From: Rhizobium sp. Q54
Lineage (GTDB): Bacteria; Pseudomonadota; Alphaproteobacteria; Caulobacterales; Caulobacteraceae
NCBI GenBank assembly: GCA_943369795.1
Contig: CALROO020000016.1
Coordinates: 11,104-75,103 of the forward strand
Length of the DNA: 64,000 nucleotides
Reading direction: 5' to 3'
The notes below the pieces were generated by a model. It was not told the DNA's origin and did no database searches. It worked only from the letters and a program-made list of their open reading frames with translations. A program made the translations under genes and the position numbers. Shown in pieces: positions 29,517-38,616 of this stretch (position 1 is the first letter of the stretch; every line of letters begins with the position of its first letter).

Positions 29517-30683
29517 ATGCTGAACGTCCTCGACACCCCCGAACCCGATTTCATGCAGGACGAGGAGATCACCCTCTTCTCCGACAGCGTCGGCAAATGG
29601 ATCGACGAGCACGCCCCGCCCGAGACGGTCCAATCCTGGATCGCCAACTCCAGCGTTCCGCGCGAACTGTGGAACACGGCGGGCGAAGCGGGCCTGCTGG
29701 GCCTGTCCATGCCCGAGGAGGACGGCGGCATGGGCGGCGACTATCGCCACGAGGTCGTGCTGATGCGTCAGCTCGGCTGGAAGGGTGCGGACCATTTCGG
29801 CATCAGCCTGCACAACGCCATCGTCGCCCCCTACATCTGGCACTATGGCACCGACGAACAGAAGGCGCGCTGGCTGCCGCGCTTGGTTTCGGGCGAACTG
29901 GTCGGTGCCATCGCCATGACCGAGCCGGGCGCGGGCTCGGACCTGCAAGGCGTCAAGACCACGGCGATCCAGTCCGGCAACGGCTATGTCGTCAACGGTT
30001 CCAAGACCTTCATCACCAACGGTCAGCTGGCCAATTTCATCATCGTCGTCGCCAAGACCGACCCTGCCGCCGGAGCCAAGGGCACGAGCCTCATCGTCGT
30101 CGAGACCGACGGCACCGATGGCTTCGAACGCGGTCGGAACCTGCACAAGATCGGCATGGAGGGCAACGACACCTCCGAACTGTTCTTCAACGACGTCAAG
30201 GTCCCTGCCGACAACATCATCGGCGGCGTCGAGGGCCAGGGCTTCGTCCAGTTGATGCAGCAACTGCCCCAGGAACGGCTGAACATCGCCATCCAGGGTG
30301 TCGCCGCCGCCGAGCGAGGCCTGGCCGAGACCCTCGCCTACGTCAAACAGCGCAAGGCCTTCGGCAAGACCGTCCTCGACTTCCAGAACACCCAGTTCAA
30401 ACTGGCCGAGGTCAAGACCAAGCTGACCGTGGCCAAGGTGTTCTGCGACCACTGCATCGGCCTGCACCTGAAGGGCCAACTCGACGCCGTCACCGCCTCC
30501 ATGGCCAAATACTGGGTCACCGACATCCAGGGCGAGGTGCTGGACGAGATGCTGCAGCTGCATGGCGGCTATGGGTATATGAACGAATACCCGATCGCCC
30601 AGCTCTACAAGGACGCGCGGGTCCAGCGCATCTACGGCGGGACGAACGAGATCATGAAGGTGCTGATCGCCAGATCCCTTTGA
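29517..30683 (+). CDS. Acyl-CoA dehydrogenase
   Basis: AIAMTEPGAGSDLQ, NGSKTFITNG, QLHGGYGYM.EY, RIYGGTNEIMK; start set at the ATG at 29517, after the repeat. Confidence 0.95.
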   Translation: MLNVLDTPEPDFMQDEEITLFSDSVGKWIDEHAPPETVQSWIANSSVPRELWNTAGEAGLLGLSMPEEDGGMGGDYRHEVVLMRQLGWKGADHFGISLHNAIVAPYIWHYGTDEQKARWLPRLVSGELVGAIAMTEPGAGSDLQGVKTTAIQSGNGYVVNGSKTFITNGQLANFIIVVAKTDPAAGAKGTSLIVVETDGTDGFERGRNLHKIGMEGNDTSELFFNDVKVPADNIIGGVEGQGFVQLMQQLPQERLNIAIQGVAAAERGLAETLAYVKQRKAFGKTVLDFQNTQFKLAEVKTKLTVAKVFCDHCIGLHLKGQLDAVTASMAKYWVTDIQGEVLDEMLQLHGGYGYMNEYPIAQLYKDARVQRIYGGTNEIMKVLIARSL

Positions 30684-30688
30684 TTTTT

Positions 30689-31088
30689 TCCGCTCATCCC
30701 CGCGAAAGCGGGGACCCAGCGCTTTCGCGAGGCACGGCGTCCGCCGCGTCGCCTCCGAAAATATCGTCGAAAAGATCGTCCCAACCGGGGTTCATCTTCT
30801 CGATCAATTCCAGCTTCCAGACCCGATTCCACTTCTTGATCTGACGCTCGCGCACAAACGCCGCGTGACGAGTCGGATGGCGCTCATACCAGACCAGGCG
30901 CGCGCATCCGTACTTGGCCGTGAACCCGCTGAACCGCTTCTCGCGATGCTGAATCGTCCGCGTGACGACCGAGTCGGTCGAGCCGGTATAGATCGTTCCA
31001 TTCCGCTGGCTGGCGACGATATAGGTGAAGAAGGCCACGCATTGCCTCGCGAAAGCACTGGGTCCCCGCTTTCGGGGGGATGAGCGGA
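30689..31088. mobile_element. 400-bp cassette: GIY-YIG nuclease gene within 46-bp terminal inverted repeats
   Basis: 30689-30734 and 31043-31088 are reverse complements at 44/46 positions; mobility is inferred, not shown. Confidence 0.7.
30694..31038 (-). CDS. Stand-alone GIY-YIG nuclease
   Basis: FTYIVASQRNGTIYTGST...R..QH...FTAKY....LVWYE...A..RERQIKKWNR.WKLELIE..NP.W.DL; GTG start at 31038. Confidence 0.9.
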   Translation of the reverse strand: MAFFTYIVASQRNGTIYTGSTDSVVTRTIQHREKRFSGFTAKYGCARLVWYERHPTRHAAFVRERQIKKWNRVWKLELIEKMNPGWDDLFDDIFGGDAADAVPRESAGSPLSRG

Positions 31089-31095
31089 GATTTGT

Positions 31096-31815
31096 ATGAT
31101 CCGATTGTATGTTCAACCCAACCTTGAGGCCGCCGCCCCCGTCGCCCCCACGCCGGAGCAGTCCCGCTATCTCACCGGCGTCATGCGCCTGACCCAAGGC
31201 GACGACCTGCTGGTCTTCAACGGCCGTGACGGCGAGTGGCGGGCGACGATCACCGAGTTCACCAAGCGTGGCGTCGTCCTGACCTGCCAGGACCAGACCC
31301 GGCCCCAGGCGATCGGTCCCGACCTCGAATTGATCGTCGCCCTGGTCAAGAAGTCCCGCGTCGAGACCATCGTGGAAAAGGCCGCCGAACTGGGCGTCCG
31401 TCGCATCCGTCCGACGATCACCCGCCGCACCAATGTCGAAAAGGTGCGGCTCGACCGCCTCGACGCCATCGTCATGGAGGCCGCCGAACAGACCGGGCGG
31501 CTCGATGTGCCGGTCGTCGATGACACCGCGAAACTGGACACCATTCTTGACGGCTGGGACGCGAATCGTCGCCTGATGTTCTGCGACGAGACCGGCGGCG
31601 CGTCCGCAACATCCGCCCTACAGAGTGCAGGCGTCGGCCCCTGGGCCATCCTGATCGGCCCCGAAGGCGGGTTTGCCCCCGAGGAACGCGAACGTCTGAT
31701 CGCCCTGCCCTTCACCACCGCCGTATCGCTGGGTCCGCGGATCCTGCGGGCCGACACCGCCGCTATCGCCGCCATGACCCTGTGGCAGGCCGCGCTCGGC
31801 GATTGGGAACGTTAG
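31096..31815 (+). CDS. rsmE: 16S rRNA (uracil1498-N3)-methyltransferase
   Basis: EKAAELGV, EAAEQ, IGPEGGF, SLGPRILRADTA. Confidence 0.96.
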   Translation: MIRLYVQPNLEAAAPVAPTPEQSRYLTGVMRLTQGDDLLVFNGRDGEWRATITEFTKRGVVLTCQDQTRPQAIGPDLELIVALVKKSRVETIVEKAAELGVRRIRPTITRRTNVEKVRLDRLDAIVMEAAEQTGRLDVPVVDDTAKLDTILDGWDANRRLMFCDETGGASATSALQSAGVGPWAILIGPEGGFAPEERERLIALPFTTAVSLGPRILRADTAAIAAMTLWQAALGDWER

Positions 31816-31935
31816 CCCTCAAGCAGGCGAGCGCCGCGCGCGAGCCGATAGGGAAAAGCATCTGCCCCTTGAGCCCGGCCCCATTCCTCGCCATCTAGCC
31901 TCGACACAGGCGCCACGGCGCGAGGGGCAATCCGC

Positions 31936-33294
31936 ATGGCCGACGCGCCGCTGACCAAGGCCGATCTGATCGGTGCCATGACCGTGGGCATCAAGCCGAA
32001 ATCGGAATGGCGCATCGGCACCGAGCACGAGAAATTCGGCTTCGACAAATCCACCCTGGGCCGCCCTGGCTATGAAGGCCCGAACGGCATCCACGCCATG
32101 CTGAGCGGCCTGCAACGCTTCGGCTGGGCACCAGTGGAGGAGGGCGGTCACGTCATCGCCCTGGAGCGCAAGAACACCGAGGGCTTCACCGCCTCTATCA
32201 GTCTGGAGCCCGGTGGTCAGTTCGAGCTGTCGGGCGCGCCGCTGAAGGACATCCACGAGATCTGCTCCGAGACCGGCCAGCATCTGATGGAGGTCAAGAT
32301 GGTCGCTGACGAGCTGAATCTCGGCTTCCTCGGCGCCGGGTTCGATCCGCTGTGGACGCGCGAGGACGTGCCGATCATGCCCAAGGGCCGCTATGACATC
32401 ATGCGGTCCTACATGCCCAAGAAGGGCGGCCTGGGCCTCGACATGATGCTGCGCACCTGCACCATCCAGGCCAATCTGGACTTCGATTCCGAGGCCGACA
32501 TGGCGGCGAAGTTTCGCACCAGCCTGGCCCTTCAACCCATCGCCACCGCCCTGTTCGCCTGTAGTCCGTTCACGGAGGGTCGCCCCAACGGCTTCCTGAC
32601 CGCCCGCGCCAATGTCTGGACCGACACCGATCCCGACCGGACCGGCATGCTGGGGTTCGTCTTCGAAGAGGGCTTTGGGTTCGAACGCTATGCCGACTAC
32701 GCCCTGGACACCCCGATGTATTTCGCCAAACGCGACGGCAGATACATCGATGCCTCGGGCCAGTCGTTCCGCGCCTTCATGGATGGGAACCTGCCCGCCC
32801 TGCCCGGCGAGTTGCCGACGATGAAGGACTGGGCCGACCACCTGACCACCCTTTTCCCCGAGGTGCGGCTGAAACAGTATCTGGAGATGCGCGGAGCCGA
32901 TGGCGGTCCGTGGAGCCGCATCTGCGCCCTGCCCGCGCTCTGGGGCGGCATCTTCTATGACGCGCCATCACTGGCCGCCGCCTGGGATCTCTGCAAGGAC
33001 TGGGACATCGCCGACCACGAGCGCCTGCGCCGCGACGTCACGAAACTGGGCCTGAAGGCTGAGGTCGCCGGTCGCACCGTCCGCGACATCGCCGTCGACA
33101 TAGTCGACATCGCCCGCGAAGGCCTCAAGAACCGCGCCAAATTCAGCGGCGGCATGGTCGATGAGCGCGGCTATCTGTCGGAACTGGAAGACATCGCCGA
33201 CAGCGGCGTCACCCCCGCCGAGCGGCTGCTGGACCTGTATCACGGCGACTGGAACCACGACGTGAGCCGGATGTACCGCGATTTCGCCTACTGA
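31936..33294 (+). CDS. gshA: Glutamate--cysteine ligase
   Basis: IGTEHEKF, SLEPGGQFELSG, MPKGRY, TLFPEVRLK.YLEMRGAD. Confidence 0.95.
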   Translation: MADAPLTKADLIGAMTVGIKPKSEWRIGTEHEKFGFDKSTLGRPGYEGPNGIHAMLSGLQRFGWAPVEEGGHVIALERKNTEGFTASISLEPGGQFELSGAPLKDIHEICSETGQHLMEVKMVADELNLGFLGAGFDPLWTREDVPIMPKGRYDIMRSYMPKKGGLGLDMMLRTCTIQANLDFDSEADMAAKFRTSLALQPIATALFACSPFTEGRPNGFLTARANVWTDTDPDRTGMLGFVFEEGFGFERYADYALDTPMYFAKRDGRYIDASGQSFRAFMDGNLPALPGELPTMKDWADHLTTLFPEVRLKQYLEMRGADGGPWSRICALPALWGGIFYDAPSLAAAWDLCKDWDIADHERLRRDVTKLGLKAEVAGRTVRDIAVDIVDIAREGLKNRAKFSGGMVDERGYLSELEDIADSGVTPAERLLDLYHGDWNHDVSRMYRDFAY

Positions 33295-33318
33295 CGGCCT
33301 CGTCGGACAGCGGGCCGC

Positions 33319-33726
33319 CTATCGTCTCGCGAACACTCCGCGCGTCAGGCACGAGAAGACCAGACGTCCGCCCTCGTCCAGCAGGTCGTGCTGGGAGATG
33401 ACGATGCCCTTGTCGTCGCCGACGGGGTCCTTGCCCATGATGGTCATCCGCCCGCGCAGCAGCTCGCCCGGTGGCGGGTTCCTCATGAACCGCAGACCAT
33501 CCACGGCCAGCACCTTGGTCTGGGCCCAGCCGGCCGATTTCTCGGCGGCGAGGCGGCTCCACAGGGCATAGACCATGGCGTCCGGCGCGCCATAGGCCAC
33601 GTCCCAGCCCGGCGCGAACCGCTCGACGAAGACCTCCATGTCCGCCTCCTGGACGGCGCAGGCTCCAAGCTGCAGCACCTGGCCGACCTCGATGTCTTCG
33701 AAATGGGCGTGGAGGGGATCGCTCAT
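33319..33726 (-). CDS. MaoC-like hotdog-fold protein
   Basis: HFEDIEVGQ..., VDGLRF..P...GE.L pattern. Confidence 0.7.
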   Translation of the reverse strand: MSDPLHAHFEDIEVGQVLQLGACAVQEADMEVFVERFAPGWDVAYGAPDAMVYALWSRLAAEKSAGWAQTKVLAVDGLRFMRNPPPGELLRGRMTIMGKDPVGDDKGIVISQHDLLDEGGRLVFSCLTRGVFARR

Positions 33727-34742
33727 GCGGGTTCTTCCGAGACCCGCACCAAGAGCTTGCCGTCATGATCACCGGTGAACAGCCGGTTCAACGAATCTAA
33801 TGCGCCTTCCAGCCCGTCGTCGACATGGACCTTCCACTTGACCGTGCCGTCGGCCAGCCACGGCCCCATCTCGGCGACCATTTCGCGGGCGCGGGGTGCA
33901 TAGTCCATGACCAGGAAGCCCTGGACGTTGAGCCGGTGGGTGATGATCCGGCTGAAGTTCGGCGACGGCGGCATCTTGGTCGCATTGTAGGCCGAGATCA
34001 GGCCGCAGACGGCCATCCGGGCATGGACATTCAGCCGGTTCCAGACCGCGATCATGATGTCGCCGCCGACATTCTCGAAATTGAGGTCGATGCCGTCCGG
34101 GGCCAGCCGGTCCAGCGCCTCGCCCACGTCCTCGTTCTTGTAATCGATGGCCGCATCGAACCCGAGTTCCTCGGTCAGCCAGCGGCATTTGTCGGGTCCG
34201 CCCGCGATGCCGATCACCCGCGCCCCGCGTTGCTTGGCCACCTGCCCCGCGATCGAGCCCACGGCCCCTGCGGCGGCAGAGATGACCAGGGTCTCGCCGG
34301 GCTTGGGCTTCAGCACGTCGGTGACCCCGAAATAGGCGGTCAGACCCGTCATCCCCAGCACCGAGGCATTGGCCGTCAACGGCAGGCCGGGGAAGCGATG
34401 CACGGGCCGCAAGCCATCGTCATTGACCACCGCGTAGTCGGCCCAGCCGCCCGACATCGGGCTGACCACGTCGCCGACCTTGAACCGGTCCGATGTCGAC
34501 CGTTCGACCACGCCCAGCGTCAGCCCGCGCATCACCTCGCCTAGACCGACCGGCGGCAGATAACCCTCGGCGTCGTTCATCCAGGTGCGGTTGGTCGGAT
34601 CCAGCGACAGATAGACGGTGCGGACCAGAACCTGCGACTCCTTCAGGTCGGGTATGGGTGTCTCAACCAGTTCGAGGTCGCCCGGCTGGATCAGACCCTT
34701 GGGCCGCTGACGTAGAACCCATTGACGGTTGGTGGTGGCCAT
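33723..34742 (-). CDS. NADP-dependent oxidoreductase (prostaglandin reductase/CurA-like)
   Basis: YLSLDP..R.WM, GMTGLTAYFG, SAAAGAVGS, GIAGGPDKC, FENVGG. Confidence 0.92.
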   Translation of the reverse strand: MATTNRQWVLRQRPKGLIQPGDLELVETPIPDLKESQVLVRTVYLSLDPTNRTWMNDAEGYLPPVGLGEVMRGLTLGVVERSTSDRFKVGDVVSPMSGGWADYAVVNDDGLRPVHRFPGLPLTANASVLGMTGLTAYFGVTDVLKPKPGETLVISAAAGAVGSIAGQVAKQRGARVIGIAGGPDKCRWLTEELGFDAAIDYKNEDVGEALDRLAPDGIDLNFENVGGDIMIAVWNRLNVHARMAVCGLISAYNATKMPPSPNFSRIITHRLNVQGFLVMDYAPRAREMVAEMGPWLADGTVKWKVHVDDGLEGALDSLNRLFTGDHDGKLLVRVSEEPA

Positions 34743-34813
34743 GAGGTCGTCTCCCGATCCGTTTCTTTTGGATACGGTCATTCTGACGAAGGCTTTGCAC
34801 GCGGTCGAGAGGC

Positions 34814-34929
34814 AAAGAAAAAGGCGACCCTTGCGGATCGCCCTGAAGTGGCATCATCGAGAATGAGGCGCGGAGGCGACGGACCGGATCGCTCCGGTCC
34901 AAGTCGGGGGGGCGTCGTCGCCTCCGCAT
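34814..34929 (-). ncRNA. Candidate SigT-dependent small RNA
   Basis: Upstream GGAAC-N16-CATT; long 5' hairpin with a C7 internal loop; GCAA-tetraloop terminator with U-tail. Confidence 0.6.
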
Positions 34930-34935
34930 GACAAG

Positions 34936-34960
34936 AATGCCGTCCGTGCGACCGCGTTCC
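34936..34960 (-). promoter_or_regulatory. SigT/EcfG-like promoter for the sRNA candidate
   Basis: GGAAC-N16-CATT on the minus strand (one mismatch to CGTT). Confidence 0.55.
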
Positions 34961-34998
34961 CGGACACTTGCAATTATTTCGCTGCGGACGACCATGCC

Positions 34999-35024
34999 GG
35001 AACGGCCAAGCCTGTCGCGACGTT
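34999..35024 (+). promoter_or_regulatory. SigT/EcfG promoter
   Basis: GGAAC-N17-CGTT, 36 bp before the ATG at 35061. Confidence 0.7.
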
Positions 35025-35060
35025 CTGGGACCAGATGGCGACTGCCCAAGGAAGACTTTC

Positions 35061-35420
35061 ATGACCGATCAAGACCCCCGCTCGCAACACAGCGCCGACG
35101 ACGACATCCAGGTCGTGGACGTCAGGGATGCCCGCGGGGCCAGCCCCGGCAAGCGGATCGTCTGGATCCTGGTCCTGTCGGCGGGCGCGGCGGCGATACT
35201 GCTGCTGGGCATGTGGGCACTGTCGAACGGCGGCTTCGCCAGCCAGAACCCCAACCAGGGCGAACAGGCGGTCGATGCCGCAGCCTTCTCCGACGACGCA
35301 GGGGCCGTTCCCGCCTCGGATGCGCCGACCACCTCGACAGGCGAGCCGACCGCTCCGCCGACGGGTGAGGCCCCCAATGTCAACGCCCCCACGACGTCGA
35401 CCGCACCGTCGGGCCAGTAA
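35061..35420 (+). CDS. Hypothetical single-pass membrane protein with low-complexity tail
   Basis: AAGGAAG RBS; DARGA...RIVWILVLS TM segment; Pro/Thr/Ala-rich C-terminus. Confidence 0.75.
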   Translation: MTDQDPRSQHSADDDIQVVDVRDARGASPGKRIVWILVLSAGAAAILLLGMWALSNGGFASQNPNQGEQAVDAAAFSDDAGAVPASDAPTTSTGEPTAPPTGEAPNVNAPTTSTAPSGQ

Positions 35421-35430
35421 GATCTGAGCC

Positions 35431-35961
35431 TCAGTCCAGGGCGCAGATGTCGGGCAGGCCCCGCAAGCGTCCTGCATGGTCCAGCCCGTACCCGACCAGA
35501 AAGCGGTCCGGCGCGTCCCAGCCGACGAAGTCCGGCTCGGGCGCGCGGGGCAGGGGCCATGGCTTCTTGGCGAAGACGCAGGTCAGCACCTCCGACGCTC
35601 CCGCCTCGCGGGTGATCCGCACGGCCTCGGCCAGCGACAGGCCGGTATCGAACACGTCGTCCAGGATCAGAACCCGCCGCCCGGCGATGGGTCGCTGATA
35701 GGGGGCATAGACGTCGATCTTTCCCCGGCTGGACTGTTCGTCGCCGTAGGAGGCCAGCCACAGGCCGTCGAAACGGACGTTCCGCCCGATCCGCGCCAGG
35801 GCCCGGGTCAGATCCGCTGCGAACCACAGTCCTCCTGTCAGTAAAACCGCCGCCACCGTCTCGTCATCGATCACCGGCGCGATCCGGGCGGCCAGTTCGG
35901 CGACGATCCGGGCGATCTCGGCCTCGGGCAGCAGGATGGTGGGCGGTTCGGAGTCAGCCAT
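35431..35961 (-). CDS. Purine phosphoribosyltransferase (Hpt-like)
   Basis: LLTGGLWFAADL, VLILDDVFDTGLS PRPP loop, FLVGYGLD. Confidence 0.88.
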   Translation of the reverse strand: MADSEPPTILLPEAEIARIVAELAARIAPVIDDETVAAVLLTGGLWFAADLTRALARIGRNVRFDGLWLASYGDEQSSRGKIDVYAPYQRPIAGRRVLILDDVFDTGLSLAEAVRITREAGASEVLTCVFAKKPWPLPRAPEPDFVGWDAPDRFLVGYGLDHAGRLRGLPDICALD

Positions 35962-36922
35962 GCCCGGCGGATACCGCCCCGGCATGGTCGTTGTCGAGCG
36001 GTGCCGCGTGGTCGTCGGCGATCGGTCGGGCCTCGACGGGGGCACCGTGCGAATCGCCGCCCTCGATGGGGGCCAGGGCCGAGCGCATCGGCGTGTCGTG
36101 CGCCTCGGCCTGTGGCGGGCGGCGGACGGGAGGGGCGGCGTGGTCAGGCGTTGCGTGAACGTCTCCGCCGTGATCGTCCTTGGCTTCGGTCGCATGGGCC
36201 GGTGCCGCGCCGCCCGTGACGAAATCGACGCCGACGCCAGCGGCCTTGCCGCCCGGATCGGGGATCATGGCCGCGAAACCCTGCACCCCGCCGGGCAGGA
36301 CGGGGGCCGAATCGATGGCCACGACCTTGAAGCCGATCTCGGCCCCGTGTTCATCCAGCAGGGCCAGACGCACGGCGGGCGAGACCACCTCGCGGTCGCG
36401 GACGTTGCGGAGCGCACCGGAGACCAGCACATCATCCAGCGAATGCGGCGAGGTCTTGGCGCTGACCGCCTCGAACTCCAGCCCGGTCGGATTGACGGGC
36501 GAGCCGACGGCGGCATAGGCGGCTCCCGCGCGCGGGAACATCTCGACCACCTCGATGCGGAACAGCCAGGCTGCAGCGATCAGGCCGACGAAGACGCTGG
36601 CCAGACCGGCCCAGACGGCCCCGTGGGTCGCGGCCCGACGCAGGCGGCGCTGCTGCTCGGCCCGGGCGCGGAACGCCTTGGGCAGTTCGGGGGCCGGCGT
36701 CTCGGCCAGATCGGGCTCGGCCTCGTCTCGCTTGCCGAACCCGGCCTTGGCGGCGGCGGGCGTCGCGGCGACGGGCGCGGCGGCGGTCAGTTCAAGCGGC
36801 TCGTCGTTGGTTGCATGCCAGACGTGGGCGCAAGACTGGCAGCGCACGCGCCGTCCGGCCGCGCCGATCGCGTCATCGGGCGTGAAATAGCTGGTGGCGC
36901 ACGACGGGCAGGTCAGTATCAT
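35954..36922 (-). CDS. MJ0042-type zinc-ribbon / DUF3426 membrane protein
   Basis: MILTCPSCATSY...GRRVRCQSCAHVW, one TM segment, Ig-like C-terminal part; divergent from ftsE. Confidence 0.85.
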   Translation of the reverse strand: MILTCPSCATSYFTPDDAIGAAGRRVRCQSCAHVWHATNDEPLELTAAAPVAATPAAAKAGFGKRDEAEPDLAETPAPELPKAFRARAEQQRRLRRAATHGAVWAGLASVFVGLIAAAWLFRIEVVEMFPRAGAAYAAVGSPVNPTGLEFEAVSAKTSPHSLDDVLVSGALRNVRDREVVSPAVRLALLDEHGAEIGFKVVAIDSAPVLPGGVQGFAAMIPDPGGKAAGVGVDFVTGGAAPAHATEAKDDHGGDVHATPDHAAPPVRRPPQAEAHDTPMRSALAPIEGGDSHGAPVEARPIADDHAAPLDNDHAGAVSAGHG

Positions 36923-37009
36923 GGTCGCTGACTGCGAGGCCTGTTAAGCCCCCTCCTGTCGCGGCAGATGCGGCACCGCCGTCCTGCCCGATCGATTCGA
37001 AAAAACCCG

Positions 37010-37720
37010 ATGCCACTTTCCCCCCGTCGCGCCGCCGACCCTGTCGCCTCGTCCGAACCCGTTCGCCTGCAGGGCGTAGGTTTCGGCTATGCCGACCGGC
37101 CCGACGTGCTGCGGGACATTAACCTCGTTCTGACACGTGGCTCTTTCCACTTCCTTACCGGACCGTCCGGGGCCGGAAAGACCTCGCTGCTGCGCCTGCT
37201 GACCCTGGCCGAACGACCGACGTCGGGCAGACTGTCCCTGTTCGGTGCCGATGTCAGCGGGATCGGCGCGCGCGCGGTGCCCGGAATGCGCCGTCGCATG
37301 GGGATGGTGTTTCAGGATTTCCGCCTGCTGGACCACCTCGACGCCTTCGACAACGCCGCCCTGCCGCTGCGGCTGGCGGGTCGGAAGCGCGCTGAGTATG
37401 CCGACGATGTTCGCGAGATGCTGCGCTGGGTCGGTCTGGGCGACCGGATCGGGGCGCGGCCGGCGGCCCTGTCCGGCGGAGAGAAACAGCGGCTGGCCAT
37501 CGCCCGCGCCGTCATGGCCCGCCCGGAGCTGATCGTCGCCGACGAACCGACCGGCAGCGTCGATCCCGTCATGGCCGAGCGGCTGATGGTCCTGTTCCAG
37601 TCGCTGAACCGGCAGGGCACGACCGTCCTGATCGCCAGCCACGACGAAAACATCGCCGCCCGATCCGGGGCCACCGTTCTGCGGCTGGATGGCGGCACCC
37701 TGCACGAGGGAATCGGCTGA
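37010..37720 (+). CDS. ftsE: Cell division ATP-binding protein FtsE
   Basis: GPSGAGKT, VFQDFRLL, LSGGEKQR, ADEPTG. Confidence 0.92.
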   Translation: MPLSPRRAADPVASSEPVRLQGVGFGYADRPDVLRDINLVLTRGSFHFLTGPSGAGKTSLLRLLTLAERPTSGRLSLFGADVSGIGARAVPGMRRRMGMVFQDFRLLDHLDAFDNAALPLRLAGRKRAEYADDVREMLRWVGLGDRIGARPAALSGGEKQRLAIARAVMARPELIVADEPTGSVDPVMAERLMVLFQSLNRQGTTVLIASHDENIAARSGATVLRLDGGTLHEGIG

Positions 37721-38607
37721 TGCGTCTGTTCCCGAACAGCGACACGGACCTGTTGCCACGCGAGGCGGCGGGCGAGACCTGGCTGGCGGCGGTGATCGCG
37801 GTCCTGTGTTTCATCGCCTGTCTGGCAGCAGTGGGCGCGGCCTCGGCCGACCGAGCCGCCCACGGCTGGGCCCGTCAGCTCCGCGCCGAGGCCACGGTCC
37901 AGGTCCGCCCCCGCGTCGGCGAGACCGGCCCCACCGCCGCCGCCCGCGCCGCCGAGACCCTGGCTGGGGTCGATGGGGTTGCTGAGGCCGTCGCCCTGGA
38001 TCGCAAGGCGGCGGAAGACCTGCTGCGCCCCTGGCTGGGTGAGGCCGTCCTGCCGGACCTGCCCCTGCCGTTCCTGGTCACGGTGCGGCTGGACCCCGAC
38101 GCCCCGGCCAGCGCCGTGACGCTCAGCCGGGCGCTGGCCACCGCCGGTCTGGACGCCAGCGTCGACGACCATGCCCTGTGGCGCGGCGAGGTCGAACGGT
38201 CGGCCGCCCTGATCACCGTCCTGGCCATCGTCGCCTTCCTGTTGACGGCGGGGGCCGCTGGGGCGGCCATCGTCTACGCGACGCGCGCGGGCTTGATGGC
38301 CCGCCGGTCGGTGATCGAGACGCTCAGCCTGTCGGGGGCCAGCGACGCCGCCATCGCCTGGCTGTTCCAGCGTCGGTTCGGCCTGCTGGCGGCGGGGGGA
38401 GGCGCGGTCGGAATGGGGCTGGCGCTGGTCCTGATCGCGGGCGTCCGCTTCCTGAGCGGCGGAGCCGGCGTGGTCGCGGCCCTGCCGGTGGCCTGGAGCG
38501 ACGCCCTGATCATCCTGCCCTGCCCGCTGATCGCGGCCGGGCTGGCGATGATCTCGGCGCGGCTGGCGGCGCTGTCGCGTCTTGGCGGCACCGCAAAGCG
38601 ACGCTAG
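37720..38607 (+). CDS. ftsX: Cell division permease FtsX
   Basis: Translationally coupled to ftsE; four TM segments; IETLSLSGA...I...F motif. Confidence 0.88.
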   Translation: MRLFPNSDTDLLPREAAGETWLAAVIAVLCFIACLAAVGAASADRAAHGWARQLRAEATVQVRPRVGETGPTAAARAAETLAGVDGVAEAVALDRKAAEDLLRPWLGEAVLPDLPLPFLVTVRLDPDAPASAVTLSRALATAGLDASVDDHALWRGEVERSAALITVLAIVAFLLTAGAAGAAIVYATRAGLMARRSVIETLSLSGASDAAIAWLFQRRFGLLAAGGGAVGMGLALVLIAGVRFLSGGAGVVAALPVAWSDALIILPCPLIAAGLAMISARLAALSRLGGTAKRR

Positions 38608-38616
38608 GGAATCAGT

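Noticed and set aside
31039-31197. N-terminal extension of the GIY-YIG ORF in the ORF track
   Set aside because: It runs through the inverted repeat and antisense into rsmE. The recognisable domain begins at the GTG at 31038.
34778-35062. Small ORFs across the 34.8-35.0 kb intergenic region
   Set aside because: They lack RBSs and motifs and cross a terminator and promoters. A non-coding RNA explains the region better.
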